DNA of 64,000 nt from the human T2T-CHM13v2.0 reference genome, Homo sapiens, in NCBI RefSeq assembly GCF_009914755.1, contig NC_060931.1. One strand, 5' to 3'. The notes below the pieces were generated by a model. The model did no database searches and was not told where the DNA came from. It saw nothing but the letters and a program-made list of their open reading frames with translations. A program made the position numbers and the translations under genes. Shown here piece after piece: positions 41,377 to 56,800 of the stretch; the first letter of the stretch is position 1, and each line of letters begins with the position of its first letter.

Positions 41377-42061
41377 AATCCCTGGCGGAGCTGGGTCAAT
41401 TTCAGGCACAGCCCAGCTCAGTCAGGCGAGGTCCAGAAAGGCCTGACTTGCCTGGCAGCCTCAACGGACTTGTCCCCGCAGCCCTTGCGGACCTCCTGGT
41501 CGTCATGGCGACTGTGAAATGTGGGGTGGGGAGCATGCGTTCGAAGCCATTTGCGCGGGCAGTCCCTGCGTGTCCCCCCACGTGCTCCCCAGCACTCGCA
41601 GGACCCCCGCCTCCGAGCTTCCCTGAGCGTGCAGCTTCCAGTGAGGGCAGCCCCACGCACAGCCCCCCACACCCTCCCCAACGCCTTCAGCCCCCGGTGC
41701 GCGTAGTCCCCAAGCCCACACGTGCACTCTCCACCTTGCGGCAGCTCCACGTACAGCCCCCCACACGCTCCCAGCCCCACTGGCGCAGAACCCATCACCG
41801 CTCGCCCTTCACGCGCTTCACTGGGAGTGCAGCCCCCACCCCGAGCGCGCAGCTCCACGCAGCCTCTCCACACTCTCCCCAGCGCCTGCAGCACCCCCAG
41901 TGCGCACAGCTCTGCCAGTCGCTTCCCCGCGTGCCGCCCCTGCACCACTTCGGGCCATAACCTTGCTGGCGACTAAGTCTGAAGAACTTCCCGTGATTTA
42001 ATTCTTTTCTTCGAGTTTAGTCTTAGCTTTGACATTTTAACCAAAAGGTTACACGTTAATT

Positions 42062-42560
42062 TATGGTATGAGGTCACCACTTCTCCTATTGTCCTTCTCA
42101 GTTTCTCCCCAACCTCTCCTATTCCCTATTTTATAAGACAGGAGAAAAGGGAGAAAGCAAAAAGTTAGAAAGAAACAGAAGTAAGATAAATAGCTGGAGG
42201 ACCTTGGCACCACCACCTGGCCCTGGTGGCTAAAATAATAATAATATTATTAACCCCTGACCAAAACTATTGGTGTTATGTGTAAATTCCAGACACTGTA
42301 TGAGAAAGTACTGTAAAACTTTTTGTTCTGTTAGCTGATGTATGTAGCCCCCAGTCACGTTTTTCACGCTTACTTGATCTATTATGACTTTTTCACGTAG
42401 ACCCCTTAGAGTTGTAAGCCCTTAAAAGGCCTAGGAATTTCTTTTTCGGGGAGCTCCGCTCTTAAGACACGAGTCTGCCGACGCTCCCGGCCGAATAAAA
42501 AACCTCTTCCTTCTTTAATCTGGTGTCTGAGGAGTTTTGTCTGCGACTCGTCCTGCCACA
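42062..42560 (+). mobile_element. Solo ERV1 LTR, LTR2C-like (HERV-E/Harlequin group)
   Basis: 499 bp from TATGGTATGAGGTCACCAC to GAGGAGTTTTGTCTGCGACTCGTCCTGCCACA. 4-bp TSD AATT at 42058-42061 and 42561-42564. TATA-like CTTAAAAG near 42421; AATAAA at 42494-42499. Confidence 0.8.
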
Positions 42561-44529
42561 AATTAACGAAGTATTAAAGGGGAAGATCTCAGCTGAAAGA
42601 AATGACTGTAGGAAGTGTGTCAGGAAAGCCAACGGACCCGCAGGCCCGCCCGTGGTGCCCGCGGCATTAGGAACGTCTCTGCTCTCCTACGATCGCTGGG
42701 GTATCGGACAGTCAGTGCCCGCTGTCAATGCGGAGGGAACGGGCCGAGACTGCGGGCAACACGTGGCAGAGCCGGCCTGAGTCCGGTGGGTCTGATCCCA
42801 GAGCCTCAGGTTGACGCCAATTCCTTGGCATGGGACAGCGTTTACTGAATCTTAAAGCAAAATGCTTTTAAAATAAGGTTCCTCAGAAGTCGTCAGCCCT
42901 AGGAGCGGTGTGCTCAAGCGCTTTCAGCACCAGCCAGGACCAACTAAGAGGGGAGCCCTTAGCTCCCAGTCACCGCGCAGCCCTACAGGAGGCCAAAGCG
43001 GCTGGCACAGATGCACTGGGGCCACTGACATTTTCCATGTCCTCTTGTCACGGGCCATATGCTGGATGGAGCCCACACCGCTTCACTTCCCATCTGTCTG
43101 ATGATGGATCAAATTGAACTCCCATATCCTAACTGACCAGTCTAAATCATGGCTCATTGTGGCCAGGTTAATTTTTCCTGATGCAACACAGCACAAAAAT
43201 GTTCATGGCTCCCCATAGCCCACAAATCAAGTCCTAGGCTTGCTCACCAATGCCTTCAATAATTGCCCAATATACCTTTTCAACTTTAATTTCCCACTTC
43301 CTCAGGCACAAATCTTCCATCCCAGTCATTTCAGGTGAGGTCCACAGCCTGAGACACCATAACTGCTGAATTCCTTTACTCATATGGAAAAGCCACCCCT
43401 TGGCTTTTACATCCTTTTCTCCCTGCCCATCTGAATGCTATCACCTTCCAAGCCCCAGCCCATTTCTCCAGTCCATATTAATTATGCTTTTTCTGAAGGT
43501 CTAGAGCACTTAACTGACAGTACTATTTATCTTGTCATTCATTTAAATTCAGTAAGTGCTATTACTGTTCATTTCTTGTTTTGGGAGATTTTTTTTTAAG
43601 GAGCATTTCTACATTCCTGGCATTGTGTTTGGTGCTCAAAATGTTTTCTTACTTAATTCATGCAATAACTATATGCAAATTTTAAAATCAAGCATCAGGA
43701 TGTAGTTATTTGCCCAAGTTTTAACAGCTAATAAATTCTATCTGTCCAATACTGCATTTAAAATACAAAGTATTTATGGTGGTTGTTAAGAATATATTCT
43801 TGAATGGCTAGGCAAACTCAAAATAAAGGACCTTATTTTAAAGTATGACTTTTTAATTTTTTTGCAACAATAAGTGAAGTGGAGTGATTGTTTTTCTTTT
43901 TAGTCAGTTTGTTTCTTCTGGAGTTTCCAACTGCCTTTTGCATCACTTGGTGTCCTGGTGGGATAAAATATGCTCTTACCCATGATCTAGTCCTTGAAAG
44001 TGCAAATCTGGTCATTTTATCATTTAAAAAATTAATCTTTTTATAAGAATGTTCATTGTGCTATTATTTATATCGTTGAAAAAATAGAAATGGCCTCAAT
44101 GCCAAACACTAAGTTATGAAACATTCATATAATGAAGCATTACAGCCACTAAAGTCATTTTGCATGGATATTTAATAATATGGGAAAATAGTCATGATAT
44201 AGTGTTAAAGGAAAAAAGAAGCAGGATATATTTTATGATTCATATGTTTAGTAACACATAAAATTAACTGTGTGCCATGTGCTGCTCTAAATCTTTTACA
44301 CAGGGGACTCATATAGGAAGATTACCAATGTATGACCTTGAGCTAGTAATTTAGCCACTCTAGGATTAATTTCCTCATCTGAAAAATGAAGACAGTTATA
44401 TTTGTCTTACTGATGATGTGATCGAATGAATTAATGCTTGTAAAGCATCAAAAACAAAGCACGTGCTTAAACAAATGTTCCTTTATTATGTTCTAGACTG
44501 GCCATCCTATAGTGCAGTAGTGAGGATTT

Positions 44530-44575
44530 TTAGGTTGGTGCAAAAGTTATTGCTATTTTTGCCAACACTTCCAAT
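44530..44575. mobile_element. MADE1 (mariner-derived) fragment
   Basis: TTAGGTTGGTGCAAAAGT.ATTGC..TTTTTGCCA terminal repeat. Confidence 0.7.
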
Positions 44576-45018
44576 TAATATTTTGCTCACTTGGTTTGTT
44601 TGTCATCAAGTGATATGTTAGTAATTATTGAACAGTAGTACATGTTTTAGGTTCATTAGTTAACAGAGATAGTTGCCTAAATCATTATGTATCTACTCCT
44701 ACTAAGGAGAGGAGTAGATTTGTGTATAAGAGGGAAATCATGACACTTAGTTTTATGTGCGGTTAAATAGAATCATGGATGTTTTCATGTTTTTACAGCC
44801 TCTCTAACAGAGGTCACTTATTTTGACCTCGTTATTTTCAATGGTTATTTTAGTCGCATTTTAGCTGCATACTAACTAATGACAATAACTTAAAGCAGTT
44901 AGCCTGATAATTTAATCTATGATGAATTGTCAATTAAAATAGCACATTATAATTAGGTATGATGCAATATATTCTTGCATTATCTTATCTTTGAAACAGA
45001 CATGCCTCATGATTTAGC

Positions 45019-45309
45019 TTTTTTTGTTGCTGTTCTCAAGATAGGGTCTCACTGTGTCACACAGGCTAAAGTGTGATGGTGTTCACTGCAACCTTGAACT
45101 CCTGGGCTCAAGCGATCCTCCTGCCTCAGCCTCCTGAGTAGCTTGGACTACAGGTGCAGGCCACCACACACAGCTAATTTGTTTATTTTTGTAGAGACAG
45201 GGTATCACTATGTTGCCCAGGCTGGTCTAAAACTCCTAGCCTCAAACACTCCTGCCGCCTCTGCCTCCCAAGGTATTGGGATTACAGGCATGAGCCACTG
45301 CACCTGGCT
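45019..45309 (-). mobile_element. AluJ
   Basis: CTCCTGGGCTCAAGCGATCCTCC and TATGTTGCCCAGGCTGG. Confidence 0.88.
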
Positions 45310-46826
45310 GCAAATTATTTGTCTTACATAGAGATCTCTAATCCGGTTATGGATATCTAAAACTTGCCTCAGTTTTTCCTTTGTCTTTTAGTAAAGCAAC
45401 TGGGAAAAAAATGCCATTAAACTATTTAACCAGCAGATGGCAATAATGATCTGTAAATCAAAATTTCAAAACGCAGTTACTTATTAAATTCGTTCTTTAA
45501 AAAAAATCACTGTTCTTATAATAAATCCATTTACTAAATATGAAATGTAGGAAAATTCCAAATGTAACCCCACATAAAAATTACATTGCATATTTCATAT
45601 ATCAAAATAATCAAGATATTCATCATGGCCAAGATTTAGTTTTCCAAATAATAATGACTTTGTTTTAACTGATTCAGATAATTTATTAGATTTAAAGTTT
45701 TAACTTTCACAAATACATACATATAAATTTAAGTGGATAGTTAAGTTCCATCTCTAGCCTCCAGGCTAGATAGAGGTAGTTCAGTGAAGACCATTTTGAA
45801 AATATTACAAACTTTTCCACTTATAATTTGGTAATTTAAAATATGAATTTCACTTTAATTGAAACTTTCTGCATAAAAGATTGGTCTTTATTTGTGCTGT
45901 CTCATAATTTCTTATGCATTAAGATACTTTTCCCCCTTTGTACAGTGCAAGGAGTTGGAATTGGCACCAAAGTATTAGTCTCTAGTTTATCAGCTTTAGT
46001 TATTCCCAAAGATGGTGGCAAAATTCTTGGGATCTCATAGTTATTTTATTTAGTAATTTTATTTATTTTCATTATCCCGCTCTAAGACTTCTACAAATTC
46101 CAACATGAAATACATCCTTTGTTTAATTTTGTAGCTCCATTTTTGTCTTCAAAAAATAGCATGGCCATAGGTATGTTCTTCTTGGAGCTTACTTATTTTC
46201 TAGGCAATTTCAAATTGGTCTGTTTATAAATGTTAAAAGATCCTTTCAAATTCTTCTTCAGCAAGTTGCCTCCACTAAAAAAAGTGTCTTTGGACATGTG
46301 TATTTTATAAAACAACTGCTTCAATCTAAAACCTTCCTTAGATTTACATATCTTGGATTGACTCATTTTTAAATAGCATATTTGCTGCTGTTGAATTACT
46401 TTACAGAGCCTCTTTAAATTCATATTGGATGCAGGTGCTTCATCAAGGAGAAAGTGGAAAGACACCAACTTGCCATGTCAATCAGAAAAGGCCACAAGCC
46501 TGAGTCTGAGAGAAAAAAGGAAAACAAAAATATCTTTAGCAGGAAATAAAGTGATTCTGCTCTTCTAGAATTATCTTAGGTGAGCTACAAACCTGCTGCT
46601 AACTCCAATTTTTTCAACATCATTTGAATATACCTCATCTTATATGCAGATTGACTAGTGTTCCCTGAAGCTTTCCAATTGCATTCAATTGAAGGGAGAG
46701 GGCCATAACTGTTTAGGTGCCAATCTCTGTGTTTTTGGAAACATGAAAAACCCATGCCTCATTTCTCTGCAATTGCATTTTAAGAATACATTATCTGCAA
46801 CAGGGCTGGTCCAGTTAACATTTTCA

Positions 46827-47292
<466 letters not shown>

Positions 47293-47958
47293 TTAAATGT
47301 AGTTAAATAGTTTCAAATTCCTTGAATTATCTTGCATGCAAAATGTGGATTAAGATTAGTCATTGATACACCAAGAATGAATGTTACAATTTCAGAGTCA
47401 TCACTGAAATAATAGAAATGCAAAAATACATATCTTTCAGACTAAAAGAGAAGGAAAGCTGAGTGACAAGTCACTCAAACAATTTGAAAGAAAGCAAGAA
47501 AAGAGAGAAACAGGGACATAAAACAGCTAGGATAAACAGAAAACACATAGGAAGATGGTGGTTTTTTTATCCAAACTTATTAGTAATTATAAGTGCAAAG
47601 AGATTAAATGCCCCAGTTAATAATCAAAGACTATCAGACTGATATACACCATAATAGATATGAAAAAATATTCTTAATAGCACTAATTATAAGAGCCTCA
47701 AATTGGAGGCAAAACAAATGCCCATTAGCAGTAGAATAGATAAATAAACTATGGTATATTTCATACAATGGAATACTTTACAGCAACAAAAAAAAATGAA
47801 GAAACTGCATATGCTTGCAGCAACATAAAAAAACTTCTAAAAACATAATATAAAGGTCAAAGACAGAGACATTAAAGATATCATATGATCTCATTTATAT
47901 GAAATTCAAAACTAGCCAAAATTAAATTATCATATTTGGCAATGCACACATAGGTAAT

Positions 47959-48325
47959 TGTATTAGTCCATTTTTCACACTGCTGATAAAGACATACCCA
48001 AGACTGGGCAATTTACAAAAGAAAGAGGTTTATTGGACTTACAGTTCCACATGGCTGGGGAGGCTTCACAATCATGGCAGAAGGCAAGGAGGAGCAAGTC
48101 ACATCTTACATGGATGGCAGCAGTCAAAGAGCAACCTTGTGCAGAGAAACTCCCATTTTTAAAACCATCAGATCTTGTGAGACCCATTCACTATCACAAG
48201 AACAGTACAGGAAAGACCCATCCCCATGATTCAGTCATCTCCCACTGGGTCCCTTCCACAACACGTGGGAATTATGGGAGCTACAAGATGAGATTTGGGT
48301 GGGGACACAGAGCCAAACCATATCA
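47959..48325 (-). mobile_element. THE1-type solo LTR within an old L1M fragment
   Basis: TGTATTAGTCC...GCCAAACCATATCA; TSD GTAAT/GTGAT. Confidence 0.88.
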
Positions 48326-49699
48326 GTGATAAAACTCTAAAGCAAAGCAGGAAATCACTTTTTGTAAGAGTCCAGATTGAAATATCTTTGTGGGGAGAGG
48401 GAGGAGATGTACAGAGAGGGGCTGGCAGAGTCTCTTTTTTGCTCTAGCTGGCAGGTTCAAGGGTGTTCAGGTTATTTTGGAAGCAGTGCAGAGAAGGGAG
48501 CCAGACTAGAAACAGGGAGGTGATCAACTGGGTCTTGGTTACATACAGAAAACAGCAGAGACAGCTGAAAGATCCTTCTCTGTGTTCACAGCCATCATCT
48601 ATGACTAGCATCCAGTGATAGCAGGAACACTGATGCCAACATTTTTCAAAGTTTGCAGAAACGACTTGGCTCCTCCACAGAGCATTGTGAGTCAGTTCAG
48701 AAGAAATCAATATCCATCTTCTGTTCTCTTCTTGCCTGCCAAGGGGACCTGGAATCCTTAAGCTTTTGCTCCTGGTTTCCCACTTCAATATTCATCCAAA
48801 GAGTCTCCTCCTGCTTGTTTTCATTCTTTCTGCCCTTCCTTGTCCCCCAGGGTGGAGATCTCAAGTGCATAATACCCCACTATGCGGTGATGTTAGCCCC
48901 AGAGCACAGCTGAACACAGCATTCCTCAGGAGAAGATTCATCCTCTATATAGGGAACACTGGAGATATTGCTGCTCTAACCCCAAAGAACTCATCACCAA
49001 AGCTTGGGACTTTGGGCCCATGGTAGGCAACTGGAAGAGCTATTTGTGGCAAACAGTGTAACTCAAACATCATCATAACTATCTGACAGACTTTAAGGAG
49101 GCCAATCCAATGTTCTCAAGCCTGGCTGCATCATGAATCACTCAAGGAATTTATTTTTTATCCAGATTTCTGAACCCCCAACCTCGATTCTGACTTACTG
49201 GGTTCTGAGTAGAACATGGAAATCTGTATTTACAGCAACTCACCCAGGTGATTTATCCAGGTGGCTCTGGTGCAACTCTTCAATGGGATGGTAATTAGGA
49301 GCATCCCAGGGGGTCAGAGCTCACGTACCTCATGGCCAGGAACTGTGTAGGCCTCCTTTGCTTACATCTAAATGTTTTCCCCTGGTCCAACTGGAATACG
49401 AATGTTACCTCCTAAGAGTCCAACTTTATCACTTCTTCTAACCATCTAGATATCTGCTGGTAAACTCAAGACATCTCTAATTCTTCCTCTTTCCACTAGA
49501 GATTAAATGCATTTTTTTCACATAAAGATAGACTTTAATCTAATGTGGTTATGTATGCATATAAATGTCCAAATGAGAGCCAAGTTGGGAAATATGGCCA
49601 TGTGTTGATGTGATGTCTTGGAACAAGGAAGGACACCTCTGCAGAGGTGTTTTGAGGGCTATACCAACATGCTGATGTGATCCCTTATCAAAGCACTCT

Positions 49700-50330
49700 A
49701 GAGCAGCCATTCTTAAATATTTTGGCCTCAAAAAGACCAAACAAGTCCTTTATGATTGCTTAAGTGTATTGTATGCATTGATATTTACATGGATATTTAT
49801 AATCCATTCATGTTAAAACTTTAAAATGAAAAAATATTTGTTTATAAATCATTTACAAATAACAATAATAAACTCACTATATTAACAGAAATATCTTTTA
49901 TATGAAAATAACTATTTTCAACAAAAATTTAGTGAGAAAAGTGACATTGTTTTAACTTTATGCAAATCTCTTTAAGTTTGACTTAATAGAAGACAGATTT
50001 TCATATCTTCTGCATTCAATCTGTTGCAATATGCTGTTTTGATGGAAATATATAAGGAAAATCAGTCCTCACAAATATGTAGTTAGCAAAAAAAAGAGTA
50101 TTTTAATCTACCTCTGCACTTAATCTGTTGCATTATAACATGCCATGTAACCTCTGGAAAATTCCACTGTACACATGACAGAACAAAAATGAAAAAGGCA
50201 AGTAACATCTTAATACTGTTAGAAAAATAGTTTTGACTTCACAGACCCCCAGGATTTTCAGACTTGGCCCCCACTTCCCCACTCTCCCCACCCCCCATCC
50301 TAGTTCTGGACCATGCTTTGGAGACTGAAG
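49700..50330. mobile_element. hAT-Charlie-type DNA transposon fragment
   Basis: CAG..TTCT.AAAT.TTTTGG.CTCA start, AT-rich body (TCTGCATTCAATCTGTTGCAAT), GACCA..CTTTG end. Boundaries approximate. Confidence 0.6.
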
Positions 50331-52348
50331 ACTGCATCTTCAAAGAAAAGCAACGTGCTCCTTTCTTTGCCAATAGACAGCCATTGCTGTAACACTGTCC
50401 TCTTGGACACAAAGCTGAGGCAGCTGAGGCGGCTGAGGCAGGCAAGCTAAGGGACCATTCGCATCCATTTGCAGAGCTGGTAAAAGTGCTAACTATAGCC
50501 AATGCCGATTGAGGCTTCGTTCCAGGCAACAAACACCTCAGCAGGTTCACCTGGTGATTAAACCCACCTATGCTGGGGGCAAGAACCTGATGCCCTACTT
50601 ACACTGGGGACAGGTGATTGCTTGAATTGAGGAAGAGAATAGTCAAGATTCACCTCAAAGTCGATGGCATTTGCCAGGGTTCTGAGTTTCAGCAACAAAC
50701 AGCACTCATGTTTGTCAGAATGAGCCTCTGAGCCACCTCCCCATGAACTTGAGCAGTTCCCCCTCTGAGAATATGTTTCTCCCAGATATGTGCTTGTCCA
50801 ACATCCTTGCTTTCCTCAGATCTTTGCCCACATGGTACTTTCTAAGAGAGGCCCATCCAGACTACATCATTTAATACTGCAGCTGCCAGCCCAGTAATCC
50901 GGATGCCTGACTATCCGGCATTTTTCTTTTGCAGTAGTATGTATTGCTTTCTAACATACTGTACAATGTGCTTACTGGCTATGTTTATTGTTTATTGTTG
51001 ATATTTCTCATGAGACAAAGATCTTTGTTTGATTCAATGTTGTATTCCCAAGGACAGAACCACACCCAAAATTGAGTAGACACCAATAAATATTAGCTTA
51101 ATGAATGCACAGGTAATATTTACACATGGAGGGGCAAAGGAGAACATCAGCTTCCTATAAGCAGCCTACTCCCAAGAGAAGGGGAAGGCAGAGCTGAGCA
51201 TGCTTGGTTTATTCTCTGCAAATTCATGATGCATGGTTCAGCCATTCTTTTTCATCAGAGTGACTGAAGGGCAAATAGGAATTGGGAATGTGACATTTCC
51301 ACAAAGAAAGAAGACATCAGGAATGGAAAAGAAGAACCCACCCCAGTATCCCCAACTGTTTGTTATTAACTCATTTGCATTCAACTCCTAAGCCCATGCT
51401 CAGTTTAAGCCTGTGGTGATCCTCAGCGATCAGAAGTTCCAGCAAGAGCATTCTGCTCCCTCTTCAACAGGCACTCCCCCAGTGCCAACCATTGCACCTG
51501 TGCCCTTTATTTCCCTATTGTTTCTCAGCTCCAAAGCCACCCTTCTATTCCCTTCTCTTGATGGTGGGGTGAGTACTTTGCAAACCAAATTTCTCAGACT
51601 ACCTCAGTCATTGACTTCCTGTCTGCCAAAAGGAGATAGGCAGGAGACTGGAAGCAAGCAAGAACATAATTGTGGGGGGGGGAGGTCAGGGGTGGCAGGG
51701 GGCAGTTCTTCCTCCAAGCCCCAGCCTTGCCATCTCCTCAGTTACCAGCAGCATCCAGGCACTATTTGTCCTGAGTTGCGTGGAGCTCACCCCCAGAGTC
51801 CCAGCATCAGCCCTGGGGCCTTCTCTGAACCCTCAGGATAGTTCTACCCTTTACTTTTCGTTCCTCTCGTCTTAGGAATATTAGCAGCTTTCTGCAGTTA
51901 GACTTTCTATGTTACTCCTCCTTCCTGCTCTTTCAGTCCTCCAATAGCCACGGGATCAGTTCCTTGCATTGAGTCTCTCTATCTGAAATACCTAGTGTGG
52001 TTTCTCTTTCTTTGCCTGGATGGACCCTAACTCATACAGCTTCTCTGTAGATACTTTTCGGAACATCAGTGAACAAATTAAAATTCATCCCCAGGGAGCT
52101 CTGATGTGGGTCAGAAAATTTGCTAATTAAATTTCTACAAGACTGCAAATCCATTCCTTATTGCATTTCTCTTCCCGAAGTATGCTCTTCCTCATTGCCC
52201 AATATAATTGGGGTGACCATACATACCAATGCACCCAAGACAGTCCAGGTTTTTGCCTGTTATCCCAGCAAAATTATTAATATAGCCTCCTTTCTCTCTC
52301 GAAACTATGTAGTTTGAGTGATAAATTATATGGTCACTCTAAATATAG

Positions 52349-53854
<1,506 letters not shown>

Positions 53855-56800
53855 AGATATTCCAGCAATAAAATACCAATTACAAGATATTCCAAATTTG
53901 AATATGAACTCCTTCTCATCATGAATTTTCTGAAATTAAAATTAAAAGATTAAGTTCAATGATTAATGTACAAAGATATTAAACCCCAAAGGAGTTAAAG
54001 TCCAAAATCATATTCTCTTCACCTTGTAATTAAAAGTTTAAAGAAAATTAATGCCCAAAATATATCCCAATTTCTTATTCAACCTCTTTGTTATATTTCT
54101 CAATGTTCCTAGGCTATGCGCAAAATGTTGGAGTTGAGATGTCCAAATATAACTTCTTTTTTCCTCATGAGCATCTTGAACAAATTATAAAATTAAACAA
54201 AGAGAACAGAGAAGAGACTAAAACAACACCCTTATTACTAACAAATGTGGCTTGTGCCTACAGGCAAGAAAGCCTGCTAACAATGAACTCTCGAACTGGT
54301 CTTCCCCACTGTGGCATAAACAGCTACTGTTCACCCATGTGTGTGTTTGGCCCCTCTTCCGGGCACAACTACACTATATCTTTCTCAGCCTCCCTTCTGG
54401 TTAACTCTGTTCATGTGATTGAATTTTGGCCAATGGAATGTGGAAAAAATTCTGTGCACCCTCCTAACATGGTCAATAAGAATTTCCCAAATGTGTTTCA
54501 TGCTTTCACACCCTCCCCTCATTTGCAAGCTGAATAAAGAGGACTCTCAGGGCTTAAAAGAGGGCAAAGCCACCAGATGGAAGAACACTAGGTCTCAGCA
54601 TTTGTGCATGGAATAGAGCCTGTTTCTTTACCATCAATCCTCATTGAACACTGACATAAGTGAGAAACAAACATTTATTTTTGTTACGCTACGGAATGTT
54701 TGGAAGTTGTTTGTTTCACTGGCTAGCCTATCCTGCCTGAAACACCCCGAAAATCCCTGGAAGCCCTGATGCAGGACAGGTTTTCCTGTGGCAGGAAGTG
54801 AACTGCTCAGGTGATCCAGAGATGCAGAAGAAACTTCTGACCCTATGGACAGCTCCCCCCATGAAAAAGAGAGTAAGGCTGAGCTAAGCATGCTCAGTAG
54901 AATCTTTCCACATTCAATCCAAGCAGCTTAAGCCCCTCTTTCTTCCCTGGTAGGAGTGAGGGAGCTTCTTTCCAGAGGCTAAAATAATCACACCGCCACA
55001 TGGAAGGAAACAGCTCCCCATCGAAATGTGTTTTCTTTTTGTGCAGCTCTTTCTTGATGTCTAGAAATCTTTCCCTTTGTTCCCCATCCAGATTCTATAT
55101 ACTGTTTCTCAAGACACACCCCCTCTTAGCATCCTTAGCAGGTATGAGACAGAGGGGCACTACATTTCTGTCTTCTGACTAGCCCATGAATGCCAGTCAT
55201 ACGGTCCCCTTTGGGCCTTTGGGCAAGCTTCGGTGAGAGTTAAGGAGAAACAGCCCTTCCTGACCTCTCTCCCCACCTGCTCCAGATTCCAGAGTCCATG
55301 AAGGGTCATTCTCAGCAGACATAATAAGGATCCTGGATGCATTCTTCTTTTTAACAATGAGGTCATTTCCTCACAAATCACCAGGCTCTTCCTAAGGGAA
55401 GTTTGCACCCACAGCAATGCCCAGAGTCCTCCTGCCTTACAGACCCACCTTCCTTCTCTGCCTTTATTTGAAAAGGAGAGAGAAAAGCTCCAATCTTCAT
55501 CATAACAAAACTAATGCTGGGATGAATCCACTTCAATGTGCTTGCCATGCTCGTAGTCCCTACTGAGGGACAATACCCTGCATAGTCCTGGATACTTGGG
55601 CCAACGTTTGGTCCCACATGGCCTCCACCTCCCAACCAAAACAGATGAGGCAGAGGTGGAAGCCCATGGATTGGTCAGCACACTATGGCTGAGAGATAAG
55701 CCAGTTAATGGAAATTGAAACCCAAAGTTCATGATGTAGAATTCAAATGAGATAAGTCACAATGAACCATCTCAAAACCATAAGACAGCAGGACCCGTGA
55801 GTAAACGGAGGAAGTGACCTCATGGAGAAAGGACAATGGCACAGTTGTAGAGAGACATGCAAATGATGAGAGGATAGCGGAGGGACAGGAGGCAGAGCGC
55901 ACAGCCTGGAGGAAACTATTCACAGAGATATCTCGGAACCTGTCCGTTGTTCAGTGCTTTCTTTCCATGTCTATGTTTATAATAAGCCCCTTTTTCCTTG
56001 ACCTGACTTGGGTGTTCAAGGTCACTGTGCCTTGCCTGATTGAAACAACTCATTTCCACAATTGCATTAAACTGTGATAAGTGATCCAGAAAACCATGAT
56101 CATATCGGCTTCTCCTCTTCCTACCTAAAATAGCAGATGCCTTGGGCTACAAACTTTGGGAAAAGGGTATGAATAAGCACTAGATAGTTTTGCAAGATTT
56201 GCACTTTAGGGAGAAAGGAGAGTAAGCTAGGTGAATTATTGGGATATTCTTTAGGTTACTATGAGGTTTGGAGGTTACAGTTAGGAAAAAAAAGTTTCCT
56301 GCAGCAAAACCCATGGCAAATTGAAAAATTCTTTAGACCACATAGGAGGTCTTCAAGGAAATCATGGTGCTGGTAAAAAAAAAAAAAAAAAAAAAAAAAA
56401 GGGAGAGAGATTTTGACTTTCTCTTCTTCTGGGGATGGGAGAACTAAAGCCAGGCCTCAGTGTCATCTTTCCACCCAGGAGCAAGACTGAGCCCTTCCAC
56501 TGTGGGACATTGAGGCCTGAATAAGACCCTTCCAAGCAAAGGTGAAAGAGGCTCTGAGTATAAGTATCCATAAACATGGGCTACTGTAACATAGGAACCC
56601 AGAACCCTAATCATCAAAGCCAATGAATGTCTCTAAGAAAGGGAGTGATTGTCCTGACACAGTTTTGAGAGCCAAAAGGCTTTGTGGACTCAACCTCCAA
56701 AACAGAGCAGATGGGAGGAGGGATGGTGAGAAGGCTTATTCCCAAGCCAAGCCCTGGAGAGGATGGCAAAGTGGCAGGTGGAAAGCGTGGTAGATGTGGA

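Larger units (their letters stand above)
41050..43050. promoter_or_regulatory. CpG-rich DPY19L2-type promoter/5' region, split by an LTR
   Basis: CpG-rich blocks at ~41050-41980 and ~42620-43050 flank the LTR and overlap or lie upstream of pseudo-exon 1. Confidence 0.75.

Noticed and set aside
41402-41976. 170-176-aa ORFs on both strands
   Set aside because: GC-rich low-complexity leader with no recognisable protein similarity.
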